Shown here: positions 39,623 through 48,370 of the stretch, in pieces | How the letters are laid out: each line of letters opens with the position of its first letter | How positions within the stretch are numbered: the first letter of the stretch is position 1 | Assembly: GCF_045037415.1 (NCBI RefSeq) | Contig: NZ_CP173438.1 | Origin: Escherichia coli | GTDB taxonomy: Bacteria; Pseudomonadota; Gammaproteobacteria; Enterobacterales; Enterobacteriaceae | Strand: one strand, 5' to 3' | DNA: 64,000 bases | Notes under the pieces: generated by a model | Told to the model about the DNA's origin: nothing | Seen by the model: only the letters and a program-made list of their open reading frames with translations | The model's database searches: none | Program-made: the position numbers and the translations under genes

Positions 39623-40549
39623 ATGAATTATTCTTTAAAGCAATTAAAGGTTTTCGTCACAGTAGCGCAGGAGAAAAGTTTTAGTCGTGCAGGAGAGCGT
39701 ATCGGCCTGAGCCAGTCGGCAGTGAGTCACAGTGTGAAGGAGCTGGAAAATCATACTGGTGTTCGCCTGCTGGACAGAACCACGCGTGAAGTGGTGCTTA
39801 CAGATGCAGGGCAGCAGTTGGCTTTGCGTCTTGAGCGACTGCTGGATGAACTTAACAGCACGTTGCGCGATACCGGGCGTATGGGGCAACAACTGAGCGG
39901 AAAAGTTCGGGTCGCTGCCAGCCAGACCATTTCCGCGCATCTTATTCCGCAATGCATTGCTGAAAGCCATCGCCGCTATCCAGATATTCAGTTTGTCCTG
40001 CACGATCGTCCGCAGCAGTGGGTGATGGAAAGTATTCGCCAGGGAGATGTCGATTTTGGCATCGTCATCGATCCTGGCCCAGTGGGCGATCTGCAATGTG
40101 AAGCGATTCTTTCCGAGCCTTTCTTTCTGCTTTGCCATCGCGATAGCGCTTTGGCCGTGGAAGATTATGTCCCCTGGCAGGCATTACAGGGAGCGAAATT
40201 GGTGTTGCAGGATTACGCGTCAGGCAGCCGACCGCTGATTGACGCAGCGCTGGCGCGCAACGGTATTCAGGCGAATATTGTGCAGGAGATTGGACATCCG
40301 GCGACGCTGTTCCCGATGGTAGCCGCAGGCATCGGCATCAGTATTCTTCCCGCACTGGCGCTACCATTGCCTGAAGGTAGCCCACTGGTGGTAAAGCGCA
40401 TTACGCCAGTGGTTGAACGCCAGTTGATGCTGGTGCGCAGGAAGAACCGTTCACTTTCCACCGCCGCTGAAGCGTTATGGGACGTAGTACGAGACCAGGG
40501 CAATGCGCTAATGGCTGGGCGGGAAGGGGATCCGTTGTATCAGATATAG
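39623..40549 (+). CDS. yfeR: LysR-family transcriptional regulator YfeR
   Basis: 308 aa; N-terminal LysR HTH. Confidence 0.85.
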
Positions 40550-40560
40550 AGTGAATTCAT

Positions 40561-40581
40561 ACTGCCGGGAGCTCCGGCAGT
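40561..40581. terminator. perfect palindrome between convergent yfeR and yfeN; putative bidirectional terminator
   Basis: actgccgggagctccggcagt inverted repeat; no strong T-run. Confidence 0.3.
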
Positions 40582-40587
40582 AATCAA

Positions 40588-41352
40588 TCAGAAATTAAAT
40601 TTGATGGAGTAGATTATCGCATCCTGGTAAAAATCTTCGCCCAGTTTGTCATCCGCATAACGATACTGAATCCCTGTGGTGATGTGTGAAGTTGCATTCC
40701 ACCAAAGTGCGACGGCACCGTTCAGACCTTCTTTGCCGCCATTACCTGCCGCGTAGGTGGCATCACGATCAAACTCGTACTCGTTCCAGTTGGTGAGGGT
40801 GAATTTCTCACTGCCCAGCATAAAGCTGTAACCTGCAACCCAACCGGCGACATAACCGTTATCGCCGGTATAATAGGTTTGGTCTGTATAGCGTTTTGCA
40901 AAGAACGGTTTGAACCACCAACCGCTGCCGGTGAAATTGTAGCCGATCCCGTAAAGGAACATATCGTCATGGAAATTTACACGATTCGCAGAACCGTAGG
41001 TGCCATACGCATGCAAGTAGAGATTAAATCCGGTGTCACCCAGGTAAATACGGTTGGTATTTTTAAATGTATAACGCTGCTCGCTACCCGGTTTATCATG
41101 ACGATCATTATAAAAGTTTTCCCAGTCGAAGAACCCGTACATTTCTCCCCAACTAAAGTTAGCGCCGCCTTCCAGTTCCAGATATCCAAAATCATCTTTG
41201 TGTGATTTGGTCGACGATTTCTCAGTGGTTCTGCTAGTCCAGTCAAGATAATGAATACCTATATCAGCAAAACCGCCTTTAAATTCTGCATGGGATACTG
41301 CTGGTATCGCCAATACAGAAGAGAGTGTCAGAGTAAAAAGATGTTTTTTCAT
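40588..41352 (-). CDS. yfeN: Tsx-like outer-membrane nucleoside channel protein YfeN
   Basis: 254 aa; signal peptide, aromatic-rich beta-barrel-like sequence ending in F. Confidence 0.85.
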   Translation of the reverse strand: MKKHLFTLTLSSVLAIPAVSHAEFKGGFADIGIHYLDWTSRTTEKSSTKSHKDDFGYLELEGGANFSWGEMYGFFDWENFYNDRHDKPGSEQRYTFKNTNRIYLGDTGFNLYLHAYGTYGSANRVNFHDDMFLYGIGYNFTGSGWWFKPFFAKRYTDQTYYTGDNGYVAGWVAGYSFMLGSEKFTLTNWNEYEFDRDATYAAGNGGKEGLNGAVALWWNATSHITTGIQYRYADDKLGEDFYQDAIIYSIKFNF

Positions 41353-41600
41353 AGCATAATTCCCTATGCCGATCGTTATTAGTTGATTGCTTAATAAAAA
41401 GGTTGATTAAAAGCGGCATATTGTTAATGCAAGGGAAAGGAGAGTACCAATACAGTTTTTTCAGCCTATTAATAGTGAAAAAATATAAATATATCGATAT
41501 CGAATAACTATCGGATACATGAAAAAAGTGTATTGGTATGAGGTAGGGCAATCTCGTTATAAAAAGGCGTTAGATTCCCCCCTACAAAAAAAGGATATAT

Positions 41601-42434
41601 ATGTATCAGGCTCAGTTTTCTCATAACCCACTGTATTGCGTAGATATTATCAAGACTTATAAACCTGATTTCACGCCACGAGTGGCCTTTATTTTAGGTT
41701 CCGGGCTGGGCGCGCTGGCCGATCAGATTGAGAACGCGGTCGCAATTTCCTACGAAAAGCTGCCTGGGTTCCCGGTAAGTACCGTACACGGTCATGCGGG
41801 TGAGCTGGTGCTGGGGTATCTCCAGGGGGTGCCAGTGGTGTGCATGAAAGGTCGCGGACATTTCTACGAAGGTCGTGGGATGACCATCATGACGGATGCA
41901 ATCCGTACCTTTAAGTTGCTGGGCTGCGAGTTGCTGTTCTGCACCAATGCGGCTGGCTCACTGCGCCCTGAAGTGGGGGCCGGCAGTCTGGTCGCATTGA
42001 AAGATCACATCAACACCATGCCGGGAACGCCGATGGTGGGTCTTAATGATGAACGTTTTGGTGAGCGCTTCTTCTCGCTGGCGAATGCCTACGATGCGGA
42101 ATACCGCGCACTGTTACAAAAAGTGGCGAAAGAAGAGGGGGTCCCTCTGACGGAGGGCGTGTTCGTCTCGTATCCGGGGCCGAATTTCGAGACTGCGGCG
42201 GAAATTCGCATGATGCAAATTATTGGTGGGGATGTTGTTGGTATGTCTGTGGTGCCTGAGGTTATTTCAGCTCGCCATTGCGAACTTAAAGTCGTTGCGG
42301 TCTCTGCGATTACCAACATGGCGGAAGGTCTGAGTGACGTGAAGCTTTCTCATGCCCAAACGCTGGCAGCAGCGGAACTCTCAAAGCAAAACTTTATTAA
42401 TCTTATTTGCGGCTTTCTGCGCAAAATTGCCTGA
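41601..42434 (+). CDS. xapA: xanthosine phosphorylase (purine nucleoside phosphorylase II)
   Basis: 277 aa PNP family. Confidence 0.9.
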   Translation: MYQAQFSHNPLYCVDIIKTYKPDFTPRVAFILGSGLGALADQIENAVAISYEKLPGFPVSTVHGHAGELVLGYLQGVPVVCMKGRGHFYEGRGMTIMTDAIRTFKLLGCELLFCTNAAGSLRPEVGAGSLVALKDHINTMPGTPMVGLNDERFGERFFSLANAYDAEYRALLQKVAKEEGVPLTEGVFVSYPGPNFETAAEIRMMQIIGGDVVGMSVVPEVISARHCELKVVAVSAITNMAEGLSDVKLSHAQTLAAAELSKQNFINLICGFLRKIA

Positions 42435-42494
42435 GTAAAACAACAATAAACGGCCTTACTGAGTGAGGCCATATGATGCGACAAGGAAACGATT

Positions 42495-43751
42495 ATGAGC
42501 ATCGCTTTGCGCTTAAAGGTAATGTCCTTTTTGCAATATTTTATCTGGGGGAGCTGGCTGGTTACCCTCGGTTCTTACATGATTAATACCCTTCATTTCA
42601 CCGGCGCTAATGTTGGCATGGTTTACAGTTCCAAAGGGATCGCCGCGATTATTATGCCTGGTATAATGGGGATCATCGCAGACAAATGGCTGCGTGCAGA
42701 ACGTGCATACATGCTGTGTCACCTGGTGTGTGCGGGCGTACTTTTTTATGCGGCATCCGTAACTGATCCGGATATGATGTTTTGGGTGATGTTAGTCAAT
42801 GCGATGGCGTTTATGCCGACTATTGCGTTATCGAACAGCGTCTCTTATTCCTGTCTTGCCCAGGCAGGGCTTGACCCGGTGACCGCTTTCCCGCCCATTC
42901 GCGTTTTTGGTACGGTGGGGTTCATTGTCGCCATGTGGGCAGTAAGCTTGCTGCATCTGGAATTGAGTAGTCTGCAACTGTATATCGCGTCCGGTGCGTC
43001 ATTGCTGCTGTCGGCTTATGCGCTGACTTTGCCGAAGATTCCGGTTGCGGAGAAAAAAGCGACTACATCGCTTGCCAGCAAGCTGGGTCTGGATGCCTTC
43101 GTGCTGTTTAAAAATCCACGCATGGCTATCTTTTTCCTCTTCGCCATGATGCTGGGTGCGGTGCTGCAAATTACCAACGTTTTTGGCAACCCGTTCCTGC
43201 ATGATTTCGCCCGTAATCCTGAGTTTGCTGATAGCTTCGTGGTGAAATACCCGTCCATTTTACTGTCAGTTTCACAGATGGCTGAAGTCGGTTTCATTCT
43301 GACGATACCGTTCTTTTTGAAGCGTTTCGGTATTAAAACCGTCATGCTGATGAGTATGGTGGCGTGGACGCTGCGCTTTGGCTTCTTTGCCTATGGCGAT
43401 CCATCACCAACCGGGTTTATTTTGCTGTTGCTGTCGATGATTGTTTACGGTTGTGCATTCGATTTCTTCAATATTTCTGGTTCGGTCTTTGTCGAACAGG
43501 AAGTTGATTCCAGCATTCGTGCCAGCGCCCAGGGCCTTTTTATGACGATGGTAAATGGCGTCGGCGCATGGGTTGGCTCGATTCTGAGCGGTATGGCAGT
43601 GGATTACTTCTCGGTGGATGGCGTAAAAGATTGGCATACCATTTGGCTGATGTTTGCAGGGTATGCTCTTTTCCTCGCAGTGATATTTTTCTTTGGGTTT
43701 AAATATAACCATGACCCTGAAAAGATAACGCATCGTTCAGTTACACATTAA
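42495..43751 (+). CDS. xapB: xanthosine/nucleoside MFS permease
   Basis: 418 aa, 12-TM-type. Confidence 0.9.
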   Translation: MSIALRLKVMSFLQYFIWGSWLVTLGSYMINTLHFTGANVGMVYSSKGIAAIIMPGIMGIIADKWLRAERAYMLCHLVCAGVLFYAASVTDPDMMFWVMLVNAMAFMPTIALSNSVSYSCLAQAGLDPVTAFPPIRVFGTVGFIVAMWAVSLLHLELSSLQLYIASGASLLLSAYALTLPKIPVAEKKATTSLASKLGLDAFVLFKNPRMAIFFLFAMMLGAVLQITNVFGNPFLHDFARNPEFADSFVVKYPSILLSVSQMAEVGFILTIPFFLKRFGIKTVMLMSMVAWTLRFGFFAYGDPSPTGFILLLLSMIVYGCAFDFFNISGSVFVEQEVDSSIRASAQGLFMTMVNGVGAWVGSILSGMAVDYFSVDGVKDWHTIWLMFAGYALFLAVIFFFGFKYNHDPEKITHRSVTH

Positions 43752-43803
43752 AAGGATTCGCAGCTCTGTTCCTTGGGGCTGCTTTTATGATAAAGGTTAA
43801 TTA

Positions 43804-43962
43804 GTGAAAGATATTTTATTTTCTTCTGGCGTTGGTTTTGGCATTGGTGCTTTGTTTACAATCGTGCGATTACCTATTCCTGTTCCAAATGTATTGCCGG
43901 GTATATTATCCATCGTGTTTATGTATGTCGGATATCTGGTGGTGAAATACTTTATGCCATGA
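43804..43962 (+). CDS. putative small two-helix membrane protein (XapX-like) between xapB and xapR
   Basis: 52-codon ORF with GTG start (VKDILFSSGVGFGIGALFTIVRLPIPVPNVLPGILSIVFMYVGYLVVKYFMP), two hydrophobic segments; below ORF-track size cut-off; identified by reading the sequence. Confidence 0.4.
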   Translation: MKDILFSSGVGFGIGALFTIVRLPIPVPNVLPGILSIVFMYVGYLVVKYFMP

Positions 43963-44002
43963 TAATTTAATACGATGTATTTATTATATGGAGCACTTAA
44001 TT

Positions 44003-44887
44003 ATGGAACGCGTATATAGAACAGATCTTAAGTTGCTCCGTTATTTTCTTGCCGTAGCGGAAGAGTTGCATTTTGGTCGCGCAGCAGCGCGTTTAAATAT
44101 GTCTCAGCCTCCGCTCAGTATTCATATTAAAGAGCTGGAAAATCAACTCGGCACGCAGCTTTTTATTCGCCATTCGCGCAGCGTCGTACTGACACACGCG
44201 GGCAAAATCTTGATGGAAGAATCGCGTCGATTGCTGGTGAATGCAAATAATGTATTGGCTCGGGTTGAACAAATAGGTCGGGGAGAAGCAGGGCGGATTG
44301 AACTCGGGGTTGTGGGAACGGCAATGTGGGGACGGATGCGCCCGGTTATGCGGCGATTCCTTAGAGAAAATCCTAACGTTGAAGTTCTGTTTCGCGAAAA
44401 GATGCCCGCGATGCAAATTGCCTTGCTGGAACGCCGCGAACTTGATGCCGGGATCTGGCGAATGGCGACAGAACCACCGACTGGTTTTACCAGCTTACGG
44501 TTGCATGAATCGGCGTTTCTGGTGGCGATGCCTGAAGAGCATCATCTCTCATCATTTTCCACCGTCCCGCTGGAAGCGCTACGTGACGAGTATTTCGTTA
44601 CAATGCCGCCCGTGTACACTGACTGGGATTTTTTGCAGCGAGTTTGCCAGCAGGTGGGATTTTCACCGGTTGTTATTCGCGAAGTTAATGAACCGCAAAC
44701 GGTACTCGCCATGGTCAGTATGGGTATTGGTATCACATTGATAGCGGACAGCTACGCGCAGATGAACTGGCCCGGTGTCATATTCCGTCCGCTCAAAGAA
44801 CGCATCCCGGCAGACTTATATATTGTTTATGAAACGCAGCAGGTGACGCCCGCGCTGGTTAAACTGCTGGCGGCGTTGGCGCAGTAG
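44003..44887 (+). CDS. xapR: LysR-family activator of xapAB
   Basis: 294 aa from internal ATG (MERVYRTDLKLLRYFLAV...). Confidence 0.9.
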   Translation: MERVYRTDLKLLRYFLAVAEELHFGRAAARLNMSQPPLSIHIKELENQLGTQLFIRHSRSVVLTHAGKILMEESRRLLVNANNVLARVEQIGRGEAGRIELGVVGTAMWGRMRPVMRRFLRENPNVEVLFREKMPAMQIALLERRELDAGIWRMATEPPTGFTSLRLHESAFLVAMPEEHHLSSFSTVPLEALRDEYFVTMPPVYTDWDFLQRVCQQVGFSPVVIREVNEPQTVLAMVSMGIGITLIADSYAQMNWPGVIFRPLKERIPADLYIVYETQQVTPALVKLLAALAQ

Positions 44888-44916
44888 ATGAGAGGCACGG
44901 GAACTGCCGGACATAG

Positions 44917-44946
44917 TTGGTCTGATAAGCGAAGCGCATCAGGCAA
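44917..44946. repeat. REP-like palindromic element
   Basis: ttggtctgataagcgaagcgcatcaggcaa. Confidence 0.6.
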
Positions 44947-44966
44947 TTTCGCAAATTGCAGATAGC

Positions 44967-44995
44967 AAAAAAACGCCTTTAGGGCGCTTTTTTAC
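44967..44995 (-). terminator. intrinsic terminator downstream of the tRNA Val-Val-Lys operon
   Basis: cgccctaaaggcg hairpin flanked by A7 and T6. Confidence 0.7.
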
Positions 44996-44997
44996 AT

Positions 44998-45073
44998 TGG
45001 TGGGTCGTGCAGGATTCGAACCTGCGACCAATTGATTAAAAGTCAACTGCTCTACCAACTGAGCTAACGACCC
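44998..45073 (-). tRNA. lysV: tRNA-Lys (anticodon UUU)
   Basis: Reverse complement matches the canonical E. coli tRNA-Lys sequence (GGGTCGTTAGCTCAGTTGGTAGAGCAG...CCA). Confidence 0.95.
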
Positions 45074-45077
45074 GAAG

Positions 45078-45153
45078 TGGTGGGTGATGACGGGATCGAA
45101 CCGCCGACCCCCTCCTTGTAAGGGAGGTGCTCTCCCAGCTGAGCTAATCACCC
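45078..45153 (-). tRNA. tRNA-Val (anticodon UAC)
   Basis: Reverse complement matches canonical tRNA-Val(UAC) (GGGTGATTAGCTCAGCTGGGAGAGCACCTCCCTTACAAGGAGG...). Confidence 0.95.
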
Positions 45154-45199
45154 ACTTCGGTACTTCACATTGTTACAAGAAATCTAGCTGGCGAGAAAG

Positions 45200-45275
45200 T
45201 GGTGGGTGATGACGGGATCGAACCGCCGACCCCCTCCTTGTAAGGGAGGTGCTCTCCCAGCTGAGCTAATCACCC
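45200..45275 (-). tRNA. tRNA-Val (anticodon UAC), second identical copy
   Basis: Identical to the copy at 45078..45153. Confidence 0.95.
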
Positions 45276-45533
45276 CCGCTGTGTGGAGTCGCATTATAGG
45301 GAGAGTTCAAAATGAGTCAACGCATTTTCTAAAGAAATTGTTCGTTCGTCGTAAATTTAAGCAAGATGATCGCAAAACAGACCGTGTTGCGCAATTTGTC
45401 AACGAAAACAATAATGCGTAAGGTTGCAACCCGAACTACATTGAGGAATCAGGCGGGAGTGATAGAATATCGCCCACTCAATTTTTCCAGGATTTGCCGG
45501 TTGTCGGCATCTTTCTAAACGTAAGGCCATTTC

Positions 45534-46949
45534 ATGAAAATCAAAACTCGCTTCGCGCCAAGCCCAACAGGCTATCTGCACGTTGGCGGCGCGCGTACTG
45601 CTCTTTACTCCTGGCTTTTTGCACGTAACCACGGCGGTGAGTTCGTGCTGCGTATTGAAGACACCGATCTTGAGCGTTCCACGCCGGAAGCTATCGAAGC
45701 CATTATGGATGGCATGAACTGGCTGAGCCTGGAGTGGGATGAAGGTCCGTACTACCAGACCAAACGTTTTGATCGCTACAACGCGGTGATCGATCAGATG
45801 CTGGAAGAGGGCACAGCTTATAAATGCTATTGCTCTAAAGAGCGCCTGGAAGCGCTGCGCGAAGAGCAAATGGCGAAAGGTGAGAAGCCGCGTTATGACG
45901 GTCGCTGCCGCCACAGTCATGAGCATCACGCTGATGATGAGCCGTGTGTCGTACGTTTTGCTAACCCGCAGGAAGGTTCTGTTGTTTTTGACGATCAGAT
46001 CCGTGGTCCGATCGAGTTCAGCAACCAGGAGCTGGATGATCTGATTATCCGCCGTACCGATGGTTCCCCAACCTATAACTTCTGTGTGGTTGTCGATGAC
46101 TGGGATATGGAAATCACCCACGTTATCCGTGGCGAAGACCATATCAACAACACACCGCGCCAGATTAACATTCTTAAGGCTCTGAAAGCGCCGGTACCGG
46201 TTTATGCGCACGTTTCTATGATCAACGGCGATGACGGTAAAAAACTGTCCAAACGTCACGGGGCGGTCAGCGTAATGCAGTATCGTGATGATGGTTATCT
46301 GCCAGAAGCACTGCTGAACTATCTGGTGCGTCTGGGCTGGTCCCACGGCGATCAGGAAATCTTCACTCGTGAAGAGATGATTAAATACTTCACTCTGAAT
46401 GCCGTCAGCAAATCTGCCAGTGCGTTCAACACCGACAAGCTGCTGTGGCTGAACCATCACTACATTAACGCGTTGCCGCCGGAGTATGTTGCTACTCACT
46501 TACAGTGGCACATTGAGCAGGAAAATATCGATACCCGTAACGGCCCGCAGCTGGCTGATCTGGTGAAACTGTTGGGCGAACGCTGCAAGACGCTGAAAGA
46601 GATGGCACAGAGCTGCCGTTATTTCTACGAAGATTTTGCTGAGTTCGATGCCGACGCCGCGAAAAAACATCTGCGTCCGGTAGCGCGCCAGCCGCTGGAA
46701 GTGGTTCGTGACAAACTGACTGCGATTACTGACTGGACCGCTGAAAACGTTCATCACGCTATTCAGGCGACGGCGGATGAGCTGGAAGTGGGTATGGGTA
46801 AAGTTGGTATGCCGCTGCGTGTCGCCGTAACCGGTGCGGGGCAGTCTCCGGCGCTGGATGTTACCGTTCACGCAATCGGTAAGACCCGCAGTATCGAGCG
46901 TATCAACAAAGCGCTGGCTTTTATTGCTGAACGCGAAAATCAGCAGTAA
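45534..46949 (+). CDS. gltX: glutamyl-tRNA synthetase
   Basis: 471 aa; class I HIGH motif ([12 protein letters not shown]) and KMSKS-like KLSKR. Confidence 0.95.
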
Positions 46950-46966
46950 TTAGCGCATAAAAGATA

Positions 46967-46998
46967 AACGGCAGGAGAGATACCCCTGCCGTTTTTTA
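46967..46998. terminator. bidirectional intrinsic terminator between gltX and yfeD
   Basis: ggcagg...cctgcc hairpin followed by TTTTTT. Confidence 0.7.
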
Positions 46999-46999
46999 T

Positions 47000-47392
47000 T
47001 TATGCTGATTCATCTATGTCGAGACGAGCAAGAAAATTACGAATTCCTTCGCGTGACAAAAATTGCGCAACTTTTTCTTGCTCACTGTGAGTCATGTTGT
47101 CTATTGCGCTGATGATTTGCCGATAAGCAGGAGTGCGAATACCCGGTGCGTATTCGGCAAGGGGTTCTTCGGCTTCCAGAAGCATCGGTGTGTTATGGAA
47201 GGCTGGCGTGTTCTGAATAAACTCGCAAACTTGCGTATCGACCAGAATAAGTCTGGCACGACCGCCTTTCACGCCGGGAAATTTTTCCGTTTTCCAGCCT
47301 TTTTCTCTGATCCAACGGTTAACAGTTTGTTTAGCCACACCGAGGCATTCAGCCAGTTCTTCGGTGGTCATTTTATTGCGTAATCTTTTCAT
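47000..47392 (-). CDS. yfeD: putative DNA-binding protein YfeD (HTH, DUF1323 family)
   Basis: 130 aa; N-terminal HTH-like region paralogous to the adjacent ORF; symbol by synteny next to gltX. Confidence 0.75.
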   Translation of the reverse strand: MKRLRNKMTTEELAECLGVAKQTVNRWIREKGWKTEKFPGVKGGRARLILVDTQVCEFIQNTPAFHNTPMLLEAEEPLAEYAPGIRTPAYRQIISAIDNMTHSEQEKVAQFLSREGIRNFLARLDIDESA

Positions 47393-47393
47393 A

Positions 47394-47738
47394 TTATTTG
47401 CTATCGCGAATCCCTAAGCGTTGTAACAATCCGATAATCCCTTCCCGCAGAAGCAAGGATGTAAACTGTTTTTGTTCAACTGGCGTCATCTCTTTCGCCA
47501 GTGTCACCAGCAACACTTCAAGCGGCGCATCACCAGAAAGGGCTGGCGCTTCTCCCTGACCTTCTGGACGTTCAGCATTGCGAATATATTCACGAACCTG
47601 TTCATTGACGTGAACCAGTCGAGCCTTGCCACCCTGGACGCCTGGTTTTGGTGACGTTGTCCAGCCTTCCTTGCGTACCCATTTATTAATGGTCTGGCGG
47701 CTATAGCCGGTCAGTCTGGCAAGTTCATCTGGCGTCAT
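47394..47738 (-). CDS. yfeC: putative DNA-binding protein YfeC (HTH, DUF1323 family)
   Basis: About 114 aa from internal ATG (MTPDELARLTGYSRQTINKWVRKEGW...); ORF-track start at 47753 is an alternative. Confidence 0.75.
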   Translation of the reverse strand: MTPDELARLTGYSRQTINKWVRKEGWTTSPKPGVQGGKARLVHVNEQVREYIRNAERPEGQGEAPALSGDAPLEVLLVTLAKEMTPVEQKQFTSLLLREGIIGLLQRLGIRDSK

Positions 47739-47973
47739 CCTCTCCTTGAACATAACAATTCCCTGAATGTATGTGGGTCTATTAGTAGTTCATTTTATAA
47801 CACCACTTTACAGGAAACCGTGACATGAATAACTACTGAATGCGAGCGGTTTTCCAAAATTGTTCATTTGCCTGATTTTTCAGCGATTGAAACTACACGT
47901 GGCAATTTGCCGTTGACACATTCGGGCGGAATTCATATGATGCCGCCCGTCAACTCGACAAGCTTTACGTGAT

Positions 47974-48049
<76 letters not shown>

Positions 48050-48088
48050 AATTTTGCACCCAGCAAATTTGGTACGTAAACGACTCGT

Positions 48089-48164
<76 letters not shown>

Positions 48165-48171
48165 AATTTCA

Positions 48172-48199
48172 AACCCTCGCTGCAAAGCGGGGGTTTTTT
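48172..48199 (+). terminator. intrinsic terminator after the tRNA-Ala pair
   Basis: ccctcgc..gcggggg imperfect hairpin followed by TTTTTT. Confidence 0.5.
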
Positions 48200-48370
48200 G
48201 TCTCTGCCTTTTGCCGCTTTTGTAATACAGTCTACATCCTGGCAGTGCCGTGTGGTGAATGCATCACTGACTGCAAAAACAGCAACAGGCTGGCCCCTGT
48301 TTGCTTCGCGATGCGAATAAACTTATTATTTGTGTGCCTGAAAACCCCGATCAGTGAGAGTAGTGTACTC

